This document shows positions 1 through 12,100 of a DNA stretch of 64,000 bases, piece by piece. Source of the stretch: Heterodontus francisci (Eukaryota); contig NC_090384.1 of the NCBI RefSeq assembly GCF_036365525.1, positions 21,850,776 through 21,914,775 of the forward strand, in the 5' to 3' direction. The position numbers and the translations under genes were made by a program. Position 1 is the stretch's first letter. Every line of letters begins with the position of its first letter. The notes under the pieces were generated by a model that had not been told where the DNA came from, did no database searches, and saw only the letters and a program-made list of their open reading frames with translations.

Positions 1-1170
1 TTCGAGATGTGGTCTCACTAATGCCCTGTATAACTGAAGTGTAACATCCTTACTTTTATTTTCAATTCCTCTCGTCATAAAGGATAGCATTCCATTAGCC
101 TTCTTTATTACCTGCTGTACCTGCATACTAAACTGACTCATACACTAGAACATCGAGATTCCTCTGCACCTCGGAATTCTGCAGTCATTCTCCATTTAAG
201 TAATACTCTGCTTTTTTGTTCTTCATACCAAAGCGAACAACTTCACATTTCCCCACATTATACTCCATCTGCCAGATTTTTGCCCACTCACTTAACCTAT
301 CTATATGAGTCTGCAACCTCCTTATGTCATCTTCACAACATACTTTCCTACATATCTTTGTGTCATCTGCAAATTTTGCTACCATGCCATCGCTCCCCTC
401 ATCTAAGTCATTGATATAAATTGTACAAACTTGAAGCCCCAGCACAGACCCCTGCGGGACTCCACTCGTCATATCCTGCCAGTCAGAAAGGGACCTATTT
501 ATTCATACTCTCTGCTTTCTGCCAGCCAGCCAATCTTCTGTCCATGCTAATATGTTACCCACTACACCATGAGGTCCTACTCTGCACAATAGCCTTTTAT
601 GTGACACCTTGTCAAATACCTTCTGGAAATCCAAGTACAGTACGCCGGCAGGCTTCCCTTTATCCACAGTGCATGTTACTCCTTCAAAGAACTCCAATAA
701 ATTGGTTGAACATGATTTCCCTTTCACAAAAAACATGCTGTCTATTTCTTATTACCTTGAGTTTTTCTAAGTGCCCAGCTATAGCCTCCTTAATGATCAA
801 TTCTAACACCTTCCCCACGACACACGATAAGCTAACTGGTCTATAGTTACCTGTTTTCTGCCTCCCCCCTCTTGATTAGAGTTGTTATATTTGTTACTTT
901 CCAGTCTGATGGAACCTTTCTAGAATCTAGCAAATTTTGAAAAATTAACACCAACACATCTACTACCTCATTAGCCACCTCTTTTAAGATCCTAGGATGA
1001 AGCCCATTATGACCCAGGGACTTGTCAGCCCGCATCTCCATCAGTTTGCTCAGTACCACTTCCCTGGTGATTGCAGTTTCACCAAGTTCCTCTCTTCCTT
1101 CCACCTCCTGATTTACAGCTATTACTGGAATGTTTTTTGTATCCTCTACAGTGAAGACAGAAGCAAAATA
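1..1170 (-). mobile_element. CR1-clade LINE ORF2 fragment (reverse transcriptase region), 5'-truncated and decayed; continues past the window start
   Basis: Minus-strand ORF pieces are collinear with CR1 ORF2: YFASVFTVED...KSLGHNGLHPRILKE...PSDWKVTNIT (847-1173); FVKGKSCSTNLLEFFE...VLYLDFQKVFDKVSH (503-736); SGVPQGSVLG...KFADDTK...WQMEYNVGKC (185-472); QVQQVIKKANGMLSF...LQLYRALVRPHLE (~130-1). The pieces are split by frameshifts and stops. Confidence 0.93.
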
Positions 1171-1750
1171 CAAAAGTAGGGAGGTTATGCTTCAGCTATA
1201 CAGGGCATTGGTGAGATCACATCTGGAGTACAGTGTACGGTGCTGGTCTCCTTATTTAAGGAAGGATGTAAATGCATTAGAGGCAGAACAGAGAAGGTTT
1301 ACTAGACTAATGCCTGGAATGGGCGGGCTGTCTTACGGGGAAAGATTGGACAGGCTAGGCTTGTATCCACTGGAATTTAGAAGAGTAAGAGGCGACTTGA
1401 TTGAAATATATAAGACCCTGAGGGGTCCTGACAGGGTGGATGGGGAAAGGATGTTTCCCCTTGTGGGAGAATCTGGAACTAGGGGTCACTGTTTAAAAAT
1501 AATGGGTCACCCATTTAAGACAGAGATCAAGAGAAATTTAATCTCTCAGAGGGTCGTGAGTCTTTGGAATACTCTTTCTCAAAAGGCAGTGGAAGCAGAG
1601 TCTTTGAATAATTTTAAGACAGAGGTAGATATATTCTTGATAAGCAAGGGGGTGGAAGGATATCGTGGGTAGGTAGAAATGTGGGGAAATCAGTTCAGCC
1701 ATGAACTTATTGAATGGTGGAGCAGGCTTGAGGGGTCGAATAAAAAAAAA
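1166..1750 (+). mobile_element. CR1-clade LINE 3' end (ORF2 C-terminus plus 3' UTR), 5'-truncated
   Basis: YKSREVMLQLYRALVRSHLEYSVRCWSPYLRKD...LSYGERLDRLGLYPLEFRRVRGDLIEIYK...TRGH...RVVSLWNTL, with a stop at 1670-1672. It is followed by CAGCCATGAACTTATTGAATGGTGGAGCAGGCTTGAGGGGTCGAAT, which resembles the elasmobranch CR1/HER1-type 3' tail (from recall), then an A9 run at 1742-1750. Confidence 0.92.
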
Positions 1751-1804
1751 GTGGTGTGGTGTTGTGGAAGTGATGTGTTGTCAGGTTGGTGTGAGGTGTG
1801 TGAC

Positions 1805-2020
1805 TTTTTAAAAATTCGTTCGAGGGATGTGGGCATCGCTGGCCATGCCAGCATTTATTGTCCATCCCGAATCCCCCTGGTGAGCTGCCTTTTGGAAACA
1901 CTGCAGTCCATGTGGGGTAAGTACATCCACAATGCTGTTAGGAAGGGAGTTCCAGGTTTTTGACCGGGTGACAGTGAAATAAATCCAAGTCAGGATGGTG
2001 TGTGACTAGGAGGGCAACTA
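1805..2020 (-). mobile_element. Short 3'-terminal fragment of a second CR1/L2-like LINE family
   Basis: The minus strand encodes WNSLPNS (tggaactcccttcctaacagc), typical of the CR1/L2 ORF2 C-terminus. It continues through ...AATAAATGCTGGC...GCCCACATCCC..GAACGAAT and an A-rich end (ttttt at 1805-1809 on plus). The family assignment is from recall of shark repeats. Confidence 0.65.
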
Positions 2021-2028
2021 GTAGTTAT

Positions 2029-2128
2029 GGTTGGAGTGTTGTGTTGCATTTAGAGTGAGTTGGTGAACTGGAACCTTTTTGGAATGCAGCATTGTAGTCT
2101 TGTTAAAATGAAGCAGTGGAGTCCTCTT
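2029..2128 (+). repeat. Degenerate edge monomers of the 24-bp satellite
   Basis: ggttggagtgttgtgttgcattt (2029-2051), ggaatgcagcattgtagtcttgtt (2081-2104) and aaaatgaagcagtggagtcctctt (2105-2128) align to the consensus with several mismatches each. Confidence 0.65.
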
Positions 2129-5100
2129 GGAATGGAGTATTGTAGTCCTGTTGGAATGGAGTATTGTAGTCCTGTTGGAATGGAATATTGTAGTCCTGTT
2201 GGAATGGAGTATTGTAGTCCTGTTGGAATGGAGTATTGTAGTCCTGTTGGAATGGAGTATTGTAGTCCTGTTGGAATGGAGGATGCAGTACTGTTGGAAT
2301 GGAGTATTGTAGTCCTGTTGGAAGGGAGTCTTGTAGTCCTGTTAGAATGGAGTATTGTAGTCCTGTTGCAATGGAGTATTGTAGTCCTGCAGGAATGGAG
2401 TATTGTAGTCCAGTAGGAATGGAGGATGCAATACTGTTGGAATGGAGTATTGTAGTCCTGTTGGAATGGATTATTGTAGTCCTGTAGGAATGGAGGATGC
2501 AGTACTGTTGGAATGGAGTATTGTAGTCCTGTTGGAAGGGAGTCTTGTAGTCCTGTTAGAATGGAGTATTGTAGTCCTGTTGGAAGGGAGTCTTGTAGTC
2601 CTGTTGGAATGGAGTATTGTAGTCCTGTTGGAAGGGAGTCTTGTAGTCCTGTTGGAATGGAGTATTGTAGTCCTGTTGGAATGGAGTATTGTAGTCCTGT
2701 TGGAATGGAGTATTGTAGTCCTGTTGGAAGGGAGTATTGTAGTCCTGTTGCAATGGAGTATTGTAGTCCTGTAGGAATGGAGTATTGTAGTCCTGTTGCA
2801 ATGGAGTATTGTAGTCCTGCAGGAATGGAGTATTGTAGTCCAGTAGGAATGGAGGATGCAATACTGTTGGAATGGAGTATTGTAGTCCTGTTGGAAGGGA
2901 GTATTGTAGTCCTGTTGGAATGGAGTATTGTAGTCCTGTTGGAATGGAGTATTGTAGTCCTGTAGGAATGGAGTATTGTAGTCCTGTAGGAATGGAGGAT
3001 GCAGTACTGTTGGAATGGAGTATTGTAGTCCTGTTGGAAGGGAGTATTGTAGTCCTGTTGGAATGGAGTATTGTAGTCCTGTAGGAATGGAGGATGCAGT
3101 ACTGTTGGAATGGAGTATTGTAGTCCTGTTGGAATGGAATATTGTAGTCCTTTTGGAATGGAGTATTGTAGTCCTGTTGGAATGGAATATTGTAGTCCTG
3201 TTGGAATGGAGTATTGTAGTCCTGTTGGAATGGAGTATTGTAGTCCTGTTGGAATGGAGGATGCAGTACTGTTGGAATGGAGTATTGTAGTCCTGTTGGA
3301 ATGGAGTATTGTAGTCCTGTAGGAATGGAGGATGCAGTACTGTTGGAATGGAGTATTGTAGTCCTGTTGGAAGGGAGTCTTGTAGTCCTGTTAGAATGGA
3401 GTATTGTAGTCCTGTTGGAAGGGAGTCTTGTAGTCCTGTTGGAATGGAGTATTGTAGTCCTGTTGGAAGGGAGTCTTGTAGTCCTGTTGGAATGGAGTAT
3501 TGTAGTCCTGTTGGAATGGAGTATTGTAGTCCTGTTGGAATGGAGTATTGTAGTCCTGTTGGAAGGGAGTATTGTAGTCCTGTTGCAATGGAGTATTGTA
3601 GTCCTGTAGGAATGGAGTATTGTAGTCCTGTTGCAATGGAGTATTGTAGTCCTGCAGGAATGGAGTATTGTAGTCCAGTAGGAATGGAGGATGCAATACT
3701 GTTGGAATGGAGTATTGTAGTCCTGTTGGAAGGGAGTATTGTAGTCCTGTTGGAATGGAGTATTGTAGTCCTGTTGGAATGGAGTATTGTAGTCCTGTAG
3801 GAATGGAGGATGCAGTACTGTTGGAATGGAGTATTGTAGTCCTGTTGGAAGGGAGTATTGTAGTCCTGTTGGAATGGAGTATTGTAGTCCTGTAGGAATG
3901 GAGGATGCAGTACTGTTGGAATGGAGTATTGTAGTCCTGTTGGAATGGAGTATTGTAGTCCTGTAGGAATGGAGGATGCAGTACTGTTGGAATGGAGTAT
4001 TGTAGTCCTGTAGGAATGGAGGATGCAGTACTGTTGGAATGGAGTATTGTAGTCCTGTTGGAAGGGAGTCTTGTAGTCCTGTTAGAATGGAGTATTGTAG
4101 TCCTGTTGGAATGGAGTATTGTAGTCCTGTAGGAATGGAGGACGCAGTACTGTTGGAATGGAGTATTGTAGTCCTGTTGGAAGGGAGTATTGTAGTCCTG
4201 TTGGAATGGAGTATTGTAGTCCTGTAGGAATGGAGGACGCAGTACTGTTGGAATGGAGTATTGTAGTCCTGTTGGAATGGAGTATTGTAGTCCAGTTGGA
4301 AGGGAGTATTGTAGTCCTGTTGGAAGGGAGTATTGTAGTCCTGTTGGAATGGAGTATTGTACTCCTGTAGGAATGGAGGACGCAGTACTGTTGGAATGGA
4401 GTATTGTAGTCCTGTTGGAATGGAGTATTGTAGTCCTGTTGGAATGGAGTATTGTAGTCCAGTTGGAAGGGAGTATTGTAGTCCTGTAGGAATGGAGGAT
4501 GCAGTACTGTTGGAATGGAGTATTGTAGTCCTGTTGGAAGGGAGTATTGTAGTCCTGTTGGAATGGAGTATTGTAGTCCTGTTGGAATGGAGTATTGTAG
4601 TCCTGTAGGAATGGAGGATGCAGTACTGTTGGAATGGAGTATTGGAGTCCTGTTGGAAGGGAGTCTTGTAGTCCTGTTAGAATGGAGTATTGTAGTCCTG
4701 TTGGAATGGAGTATTGTAGTCCTGTTGGAAGGGAGTATTGTAGTCCTGTTGGAATGGAGTATTGTAGTCCTGTTGGAAGGGAGTATTGTAGTCCTGTTGG
4801 AATGGAGTATTGTAGTCCTGTTGCAACGGAGTATTGTAGTCCTGTTGGAATGGAGTATTGTAGTCCTGTTGCAATGGAGTATTGTAGTCCTGTTGGAATG
4901 GAGTATTGTAGTCCTGTTGGAAGGGAGTATTGTAGTCCTGTTGCAATGGAGTATTGTAGTCCTGTAGGAATGGAGTATTGTAGTCCTGTTGCAATGGAGT
5001 ATTGTAGTCCTGTTGGAATGGAGTATTGTAGTCCTGTTGGAATGGAGTATTGTAGTCCTGTAGGAATGGAGGATGCAGTACTGTTGGAATGGAGTATTGT

Positions 5101-8100
5101 AGTCCTGTTGGAAGGGAGTATTGTAGTCCTGTTGGAATGGAGTATTGTAGTCCTGTTGGAATGGAGTATTGTAGTCCTGTAGGAATGGAGTATTGTAGTC
5201 CTGTAGGAATGGAGGATGCAGTACTGTTGGAATGGAGTATTGTAGTCCTGTTGGAAGGGAGTCTTGTAGTCCTGTTAGAATGGAGTATTGTAGTCCTGTT
5301 GGAATGGAGTATTGTAGTCCTGTAGGAATGGAGGACGCAGTACTGTTGGAATGGAGTATTGTAGTCCTGTTGGAATGGAGTATTGTAGTCCTGTTGGAAG
5401 GCAGTATTGTAGTCCTGTTGGAAGGGAGTATTGTAGTCCTGTTGGAATGGAGTATTGTAGTCCTGTAGGAATGGAGTATTGTAGTCCTGTTGGAAGGGAG
5501 TATTGTAGTCCTGTTGGAAGGGAGTATTGTAGTCCTGTTGGAAGGGAGTATTGTAGTCCTGTTGGAATGGAGTATTGTAGTCCTGTTGGAATGGAGTATT
5601 GTAGTCCTGTTGGAAGGGAGTATTGTAGTCCTGTTGGAAGGGAGTATTGTAGTCCTGTTGGAATGGAGTATTGTAGTCCTGTTGGAATGGAGTATTGTAG
5701 TCCAGTTGGAAGGGAGTATTGTAGTCCTGTAGGAATGGAGGATGCAGTACTGTTGGAATGGAGTATTGTAGTCCTGTTGGAATGGAGTATTGTAGTCCAG
5801 TTGGAAGGGAGTATTGTAGTCCTGTTGGAATGGAGTATTGTAGTCCTGTTGGAATGGAGTATTGTAGTCCTGTAGGAATGGAGGATGCAGTACTGTTGGA
5901 ATGGAGTATTGTAGTCCTGTTGGAATGGAGTATTGTAGTCCTGTTGGAATGGAGTATTGTAGTCCTGTTGGAAGGGAGTCTTGTAGTCCTGTTGGAATGG
6001 AGTATTGTAGTCCTGTTGGAATGGAGTATTGTAGTCCTGTTGGAATGGAGTATTGTAGTCCTGTTGGAAGGGAGTATTGTAGTCCTGTTGGAATGGAGTA
6101 TTGTAGTCCTGTTGGAAGGGAGTATTGTAGTCCTGTTGGAATGGAGTATTGTAGTCATGTCGGAATGGAGTATTGCAGTCCAGTTGGAAGGGAGTATTGT
6201 AGTCCTGTTGGAATGGAGTATTGTAGTCCTGTTGGAAGGGAGTATTGTAGTCCTGTTGGAATGGAGTATTGTAGTCCTGTTGGAAGGGAGTATTGTAGTC
6301 CTGTTGGAATGGAGTATTGTAGTCCAGTTGGAAGGGAGTATTGTAGTCCTGTAGGAATGGAGGATGCAGTACTGTTGGAATGGAGTATTGGAGTCCTGTT
6401 GGAAGGGAGTATTGTAGTCCTGTTGGAATGGAGTATTGTAGTCCTGTTGGAATGGAGTATTGTAGTCCTGTAGGAATGGAGGATGCAGTACTGTTGGAAT
6501 GGAGTATTGGAGTCCTGTTGGAAGGGAGTCTTGTAGTCCTGTTAGAATGGAGTATTGTAGTCCTGTTGGAATGGAGTATTGTAGTCCTGTTGGAAGGGAG
6601 TATTGTAGTCCTGTTGGAATGGAGTATTGTAGTCCTGTTGGAAGGGAGTATTGTAGTCCTGTTGGAATGGAGTATTGTAGTCCTGTTGCAATGGAATATT
6701 GTAGTCCTGTTGGAATGGAGTATTGTAGTCCTGTTGCAATGGAGTATTGTAGTCCTGTTGGAATGGAGTATTGTAGTCCTGTTGGAAGGGAGTATTGTAG
6801 TCCTGTTGCAATGGAGTATTGTAGTCCTGTAGGAATGGAGTATTGTAGTCCTGTTGCAATGGAGTATTGTAGTCCTGTTGGAATGGAGTATTGTAGTCCT
6901 GTTGGAATGGAGTATTGTAGTCCTGTAGGAATGGAGGATGCAGTACTGTTGGAATGGAGTATTGTAGTCCTGTTGGAAGGGAGTATTGTAGTCCTGTTGG
7001 AATGGAGTATTGTAGTCCTGTTGGAATGGAGTATTGTAGTCCTGTAGGAATGGAGTATTGTAGTCCTGTAGGAATGGAGGATGCAGTACTGTTGGAATGG
7101 AGTATTGTAGTCCTGTTGGAAGGGAGTCTTGTAGTCCTGTTAGAATGGAGTATTGTAGTCCTGTTGGAATGGAGTATTGTAGTCCTGTAGGAATGGAGGA
7201 CGCAGTACTGTTGGAATGGAGTATTGTAGTCCTGTTGGAATGGAGTATTGTAGTCCTGTTGGAAGGCAGTATTGTAGTCCTGTTGGAAGGGAGTATTGTA
7301 GTCCTGTTGGAATGGAGTATTGTAGTCCTGTAGGAATGGAGTATTGTAGTCCTGTTGGAAGGGAGTATTGTAGTCCTGTTGGAAGGGAGTATTGTAGTCC
7401 TGTTGGAAGGGAGTATTGTAGTCCTGTTGGAATGGAGTATTGTAGTCCTGTTGGAATGGAGTATTGTAGTCCTGTTGGAAGGGAGTATTGTAGTCCTGTT
7501 GGAAGGGAGTATTGTAGTCCTGTTGGAATGGAGTATTGTAGTCCTGTTGGAATGGAGTATTGTAGTCCAGTTGGAAGGGAGTATTGTAGTCCTGTTGGAA
7601 TGGAGTATTGTAGTCCTGTTGGAATGGAGTATTGTAGTCCTGTAGGAATGGAGGATGCAGTACTGTTGGAATGGAGTATTGTAGTCCTGTTGGAATGGAG
7701 TATTGTAGTCCTGTTGGAATGGAGTATTGTAGTCCTGTTGGAAGGGAGTCTTGTAGTCCTGTTGGAATGGAGTATTGTAGTCCTGTTGGAATGGAGTATT
7801 GTAGTCCTGTTGGAATGGAGTATTGTAGTCCTGTTGGAAGGGAGTATTGTAGTCCTGTTGGAATGGAGTATTGTAGTCCTGTTGGAAGGGAGTATTGTAG
7901 TCCTGTTGGAATGGAGTATTGTAGTCATGTCGGAATGGAGTATTGCAGTCCAGTTGGAAGGGAGTATTGTAGTCCTGTTGGAATGGAGTATTGTAGTCCT
8001 GTTGGAAGGGAGTATTGTAGTCCTGTTGGAATGGAGTATTGTAGTCCTGTTGGAAGGGAGTATTGTAGTCCTGTTGGAATGGAGTATTGTAGTCATGTTG

Positions 8101-9172
8101 GAAGGGACTATTGCAGTCCTGTTGGAATGGAGTATTGTATTCCTGTTGGAATGGAGTATTGTAGACCTGTTGGAATGGAGTATTGTAGTCCTGTTGGAAT
8201 GGAGTATTGTAGTCCTGTTGGAATGGAGTATTGTAGTCATGTTGGAAGGGAGTATTGCAGTCCTGTTGGAATGGAGTATTGTAGTCCTGTTGGAATGGAG
8301 GATGCAGTACTGTTGGAATGGAGTATTGTAGTCCTGTTGGAAGGGAGTATTGTAGTCCTGTAGGAATGGAGGATGCAGTACTGTTGGAATGGAGTATTGT
8401 AGTCCTGTTGGAAGGGAGTCTTGTAGTCCTGTTAGAATGGAGTATTGTAGTCCTGTTGGAAGGGAGTCTTGTAGTCCTGTTGGAATGGAGTATTGTAGTC
8501 CTGTTGGAAGGGAGTCTTGTAGTCCTGTTGGAATGGAGTATTGTAGTCCTGTTGGAATGGAGTATTGTAGTCCTGTTGGAATGGAGTATTGTAGTCCTGT
8601 TGGAAGGGAGTATTGTAGTCCTGTTGCAATGGAGTATTGTAGTCCTGTAGGAATGGAGTATTGTAGTCCTGTTGCAATGGAGTATTGTAGTCCTGCAGGA
8701 ATGGAGTATTGTAGTCCAGTAGGAATGGAGGATGCAATACTGTTGGAATGGAGTATTGTAGTCCTGTTGGAAGGGAGTATTGTAGTCCTGTTGGAATGGA
8801 GTATTGTAGTCCTGTAGGAATGGAGTATTGTAGTCCTGTAGGAATGGAGGATGCAGTACTGTTGGAATGGAGTATTGTAGTCCTGTTGGAAGGGAGTATT
8901 GTAGTCCTGTTGGAATGGAGTATTGTAGTCCTGTAGGAATGGAGGGTGCAGTACTGTTGGAATGGAGTATTGTAGTCCTGTTGGAATGGAGTATTGTAGT
9001 CCTGTAGGAATGGAGGATGCAGTACTGTTGGAATGGAGTATTGTAGTCCTGTAGGAATGGAGGATGCAGTACTGTTGGAATGGAGTATTGTAGTTTTGTT
9101 GGACGGGAGTCTTGTAGTCCTGTTAGAATGGAGTATTGTAGTCCTGTTGGAATGGAGTATTGTAGTCCTGTA

Positions 9173-12100
9173 GGAATGGAGGACGCAGTACTGTTGGAAT
9201 GGAGTATTGTAGTCCTGTTGGAAGGGAGTATTGTAGTCCTGTTGGAATGGAGTATTGTAGTCCTGTAGGAATGGAGGACGCAGTACTGTTGGAATGGAGT
9301 ATTGTAGTCCTGTTGGAATGGAGTATTGTAGTCCAGTTGGAAGGGAGTATTGTAGTCCTGTTGGAAGGGAGTATTGTAGTCCTGTTGGAATTGAGTATTG
9401 TAGTCCTGTAGGAATGGAGGACGCAGTACTGTTGGAATGGAGTATTGTAGTCCTGTTGCAACGGAGTATTGTAGTCCTATTGGAATGGAGTATTGTAGTC
9501 CATTTGGAATGGAGTATTGTAGTCCTGTTGCAACGGATTATTGTAGTCCATTTGGAATGGAGTATTGTAGTCCTTTTGGAATGGAATATTGTAGTCCTGT
9601 TGGAATGGAGTATTGTAGTCCATTTGGAATGGAGTATTGTAGTCCTGTTGCAACGGAGTATTGTAGTCCTGCTGGAATGGAGTATTGTAGTCCATTTGGA
9701 ATGGAGTATTGTAGTCCTTTTGGAATGGAATATTGTAGTCCTGTTGGAATGGAGTATTGTAGTCCATTTGGAATGGAATATTGTAGTCCTGTTGCAACGG
9801 AGTATTGTAGTCCTGTTGGAATGGATTATTGTAGTCCATTTGGAATGGAGTATTGTAGTCCTGTTGCAACGGAGTATTGTAGTCCTGTTGGAATGGAGTA
9901 TTGTAGTCCATTTGGAATGGAGTATTGTAGTCCTGTTGGAATGGAGTATTGTAGTCCTGTAGAAATGGAGTATTGTAGTCCTTTTGGAATGGAGTATTGT
10001 AGTCCTGTTGGAATGGAGTATTGTAGTCCTGTTGGAATGGAGTATTGTAGACCATTTGGAATGGAGTATTGTGGTCCTGTTGGAATGGAGTATTGTAGTC
10101 CTGTTGGAATGGAGTATTGTAGTCCTGTTGGAATGGAGTATTGTAGTCCATTTGGAATGGAGTATTGTAGTCCTGCAGAAATGGAGTATTGTGGCCCTGT
10201 TGGAATGGAGTATTGTAGTCCATTTGGAATGGAGTATTGTAGTCCTGTAGAAATGGAGCATTGTAGTCCTTTTGGAATGGAGTATTGTAGTCCTGTTGGA
10301 ATGGAGTATTGTAGTCCATTTGGAATGGAGTATTGTAGTCCTGTAGAAATGGAGCATTGTAGTCCTTTTGGAATGGAGTATTGTAGTCCTTTTGGAATGG
10401 AGTATTGTAGTCCATTTGGAATGGAGTATTGTAGTCCTTTTGGAATGGAGTATTGTAGTCCTGTTGGAATGGAGTATTGTAGTCCTGTTGGAATGGAGTA
10501 TTGTGGTCCTGTTGGAATGGAGTATTGTAGTCCATTTGGAATGGAGTATTGTAGTCCTTTTGGAATGGAATATTGTAGTCCTGTTGCAACGGAGTATTGT
10601 AGTCCTGTTGGAATGGAGTATTGTAGTCCTGTTACAACGGAGTATTGTAGTCCTGTTGGAATGGAGTATTGTAGTCCATTTGGAATGGAGTATTGTAGTC
10701 CTGTTGCAACGGAGTATTGTAGTCCAAAAGGAATGGAGTATTGTAGTCCTTTTGGAATGGAATATTGTAGTCCTGTTGGAATGGAGTATTGTAGTCCTTT
10801 TGGAATGGAGTATTGTAGTCCTGTTGCAACGGAGTATTGTAGTCCTGTTGGAATGGAGTATTGTAGTCCATTTGGAATGGAGTATTGTAGTCCTTTTGGA
10901 ATGGAATATTGTAGTCCTGTTGGAATGGAGTATTGTAGTCCATTTGGAATGGAATATTGTAGTCCTGTTGCAACGGAGTATTGTAGTCCTGTTGGAATGG
11001 ATTATTGTAGTCCATTTGGAATGGAATATTGTAGTCCTGTTGCAACGGAGTATTGTAGTCCTGTTGGAATGGATTATTGTAGTCCATTTGGAATGGAGAA
11101 TTGTAGTCCTGTTGCAACGGAGTATTGTAGTCCTGTTGGAATGGAGTATTGTAGTCCTGTTGGAATGGAGTATTGTAGTCCATTTGGAATGGAGTATTGT
11201 AGTCCTTTTGGAATGGAATATTGTTGTCCTGTTGGAATGGAGTCTTGTAGTCCTGTTGGAATGGAGTATTGTAGTCCATTTGGAATGGAGTATTGTAGTC
11301 CTTTTGGAATGGAGTATTGTAGTCCTGTTGGAATGGAGTCTTGTAGTCCTGTTGGAATGGAGTATTGTAGTCCTGTAGAAATGGAGTATTGTAGTCCTGT
11401 TGCAATGGAGTATTGTGGTCCTGTTGGAATGGAGTCTTGTAGTCCTGTTGGAATGGAGTATTGCAGTCCTGTTTGAATGGAGTATTGTAGTCCTTTTGGA
11501 ATGTAGTATTGTGGTCCTGTTGGAATGGAGTATTGTAGTCCTGTTGGAATGGAGTATTGTGGTCCTGTTGCAATGGAGTATTGTAGTCCTGTTGGAATGG
11601 AGGACGCAGTACTGTTGGAATGGAGTATTGTAGTCCTGTTGGAAGGGAGTATTGTAGTACTGTTGGAATGGAGTATTGTAGTCCTGTAGGAATGGAGGAC
11701 GCAGTACTGTTGGAATGGAGTATTGTAGTCCTGTTGGAATGGAGTATTGTAGTCCAGTTGGAAGGGAGTATTGTAGTCCTGTTGGAAGGGAGTATTGTAG
11801 TCCTGTTGGAATTGAGTATTGTAGTCCTGTAGGAATGGAGGACGCAGTACTGTTGGAATGGAGTATTGTAGTCCTGTTGCAACGGAGTATTGTAGTCCTA
11901 TTGGAATGGAGTATTGTAGTCCATTTGGAATGGAGTATTGTAGTCCTGTTGCAACGGATTATTGTAGTCCATTTGGAATGGAGTATTGTAGTCCTTTTGG
12001 AATGGAATATTGTAGTCCTGTTGGAATGGAGTATTGTAGTCCATTTGGAATGGAGTATTGTAGTCCTGTTGCAACGGAGTATTGTAGTCCTGCTGGAATG

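Noticed and set aside
421-1963. Short ORFs 421-846(+), 997-1179(+), 1679-1963(+) and 1707-1901(-)
   Set aside because: These are antisense or alternative frames of LINE fragments with no recognisable independent protein.
1795-2007. 11-bp direct repeat GGTGTGTGACT (1795-1805 and 1997-2007) as a TSD of the short LINE fragment
   Set aside because: The second copy appears to lie within the element, whose similarity seems to continue to ~2020 as I recall the family, and the region is GT-rich. It cannot be confirmed without a consensus alignment.
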